Below the pieces are notes generated by a model that was given only the letters and a program-made list of their open reading frames with translations, did not search any database and was not told the origin of the DNA. Shown piece after piece: positions 62,721-64,000 of a DNA stretch of 64,000 nt. Within the stretch, counting starts at the first letter, position 1. Each line of letters starts with the position of its first letter. Where the stretch lies: positions 12,176,127-12,240,126 of the forward strand of contig NC_081359.1 of NCBI RefSeq assembly GCF_030684315.1, in the 5' to 3' direction. The translations under genes and the position numbers were made by a program. Origin of the DNA: Stegostoma tigrinum (Eukaryota).

Positions 62721-64000
62721 AAAGTGTTGTCCTTCAACTTAGTGAATGAAATGTGGTTCAGAAATGATCAGCTCGAGTGAGTCTTTTGAAGATAGCATCT
62801 GGTTAAATTTGCTTATTTCATTTGTCAAGGAGGCAATTAGTGCAAAATTAGTCATGATTGGGCAGAGCCTGACGCTCACAGCCCCCTTCCAACCTCAGAT
62901 AGAGTCCACGCAGACAAATCTAGCAGTCTCCCTTAAGGTAAGAGAGCCTAGCAGTGGTGGAAAGAGGTTCATAATTTGATGCTTAAGAAATCAACCTTTG
63001 GCAAGGAAGGTTAGCATGTTCACTGTCAATAGCAAAGTACCTTGGGCAGCAAGAATATGGTGTGGGGACACAGCTGCCAAACTTCCCCCTTGATTTACGT
63101 TGGCTCCTACCATTCTGTGGATTTGGCTAGCACTCTGAAACTCCGAACACCAGCCCACTTTCCAGGGCTGCAATTCCTGCTGGTGGCTTATTTTCCTTAA
63201 GCCCATTACGCAGTACCTGCAAGAATGGCAAGGAAGGAGTTCTGTTGACATTTGAGTAGCACAGCAGATTATTTCAAAGTTCTATTTACATATCAAGGGA
63301 ACATAAATGGAAGTGTGTGGTCTGTGTATGAACTCAGCTAAAGAGTATTCAATCAATCTGACGTGATGTCCATGGTATGCAGCTGGTGCTGGAGAATTCC
63401 ACCCCATCTTTAGTGAAGTATTCCCTGTATATTTCTTTCATTGAAACACGCTTTCAGTGTAAGGAAAGGACATAGACGCAGAATACCGACAAGGAACAAA
63501 TCCAAACAACCTTTTTACTTATTACTAACAAGTTCCTCAATAATAGAATAACTGAAGAGTCTAAATGGCATGGTAATCCTTTGTTTCATTCTCAGAATTA
63601 ATTTGAGAGTTTTAACTAAGTAGCTTATCTCTTATATTTTTAGTATTCTTATAAATTTTGTTATTTAAAGCCCAGAATGAATTCTCCATGTTGTGCTGAT
63701 TGGATTGGATAAAGTCTTTAAGAGGATTTCTTGAGCTGTATTTTTGTCACTCTTGCAACTTTCCAACGTAGCAAACTTTTAAGAGAAATCAAAACTCACT
63801 TTGCGCACAAATGTAATTAAACATATGAGCCCAATTCAAAGTATGAAGCTTTAACTTACAGGATTACAGCAATGTGAAATGAACATCTCGTGTCTGGTGT
63901 AAATATTTTAAAATGCCACTCTTTTGGGTCTGCCAAATAATGAGGAAGCCAATCCAATCAAAGACCAAAGGGTAGTCAAGGTTAAAGCCAAGGGAATTAA

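Overview
Repeat-dominated vertebrate DNA with no recognisable host protein-coding exon. The repeat families (HE1-type V-SINEs, HER1/CR1 LINEs, tRNA-derived SINEs with L2-type tails) point to a cartilaginous fish, probably a shark (inference). The window is a mosaic of CR1 and L2 LINE fragments, SINEs, probable solo LTRs, decayed Myb/SANT (PIF/Harbinger-like) remnants, a ~1.17 kb 24-bp minisatellite, microsatellites and a 158-N gap. The most structured signal is about 15 Penelope-like element (PLE) pieces from at least three families (called A, B and C here). Their pseudo-LTRs (pLTRs) carry minimal type I hammerhead-ribozyme cores. Several copies are inverted or palindromic insertions with 12-15 bp target-site duplications (TSDs), including ORF-less ~170-280 bp palindromes. 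Three repeat-free, CpG-retaining islands (~19.3, ~29.9, ~42.6 kb) are candidate regulatory regions. All calls were made by eye. Boundaries of old repeats are approximate (tens of bp); TSD and ribozyme-core coordinates were counted.
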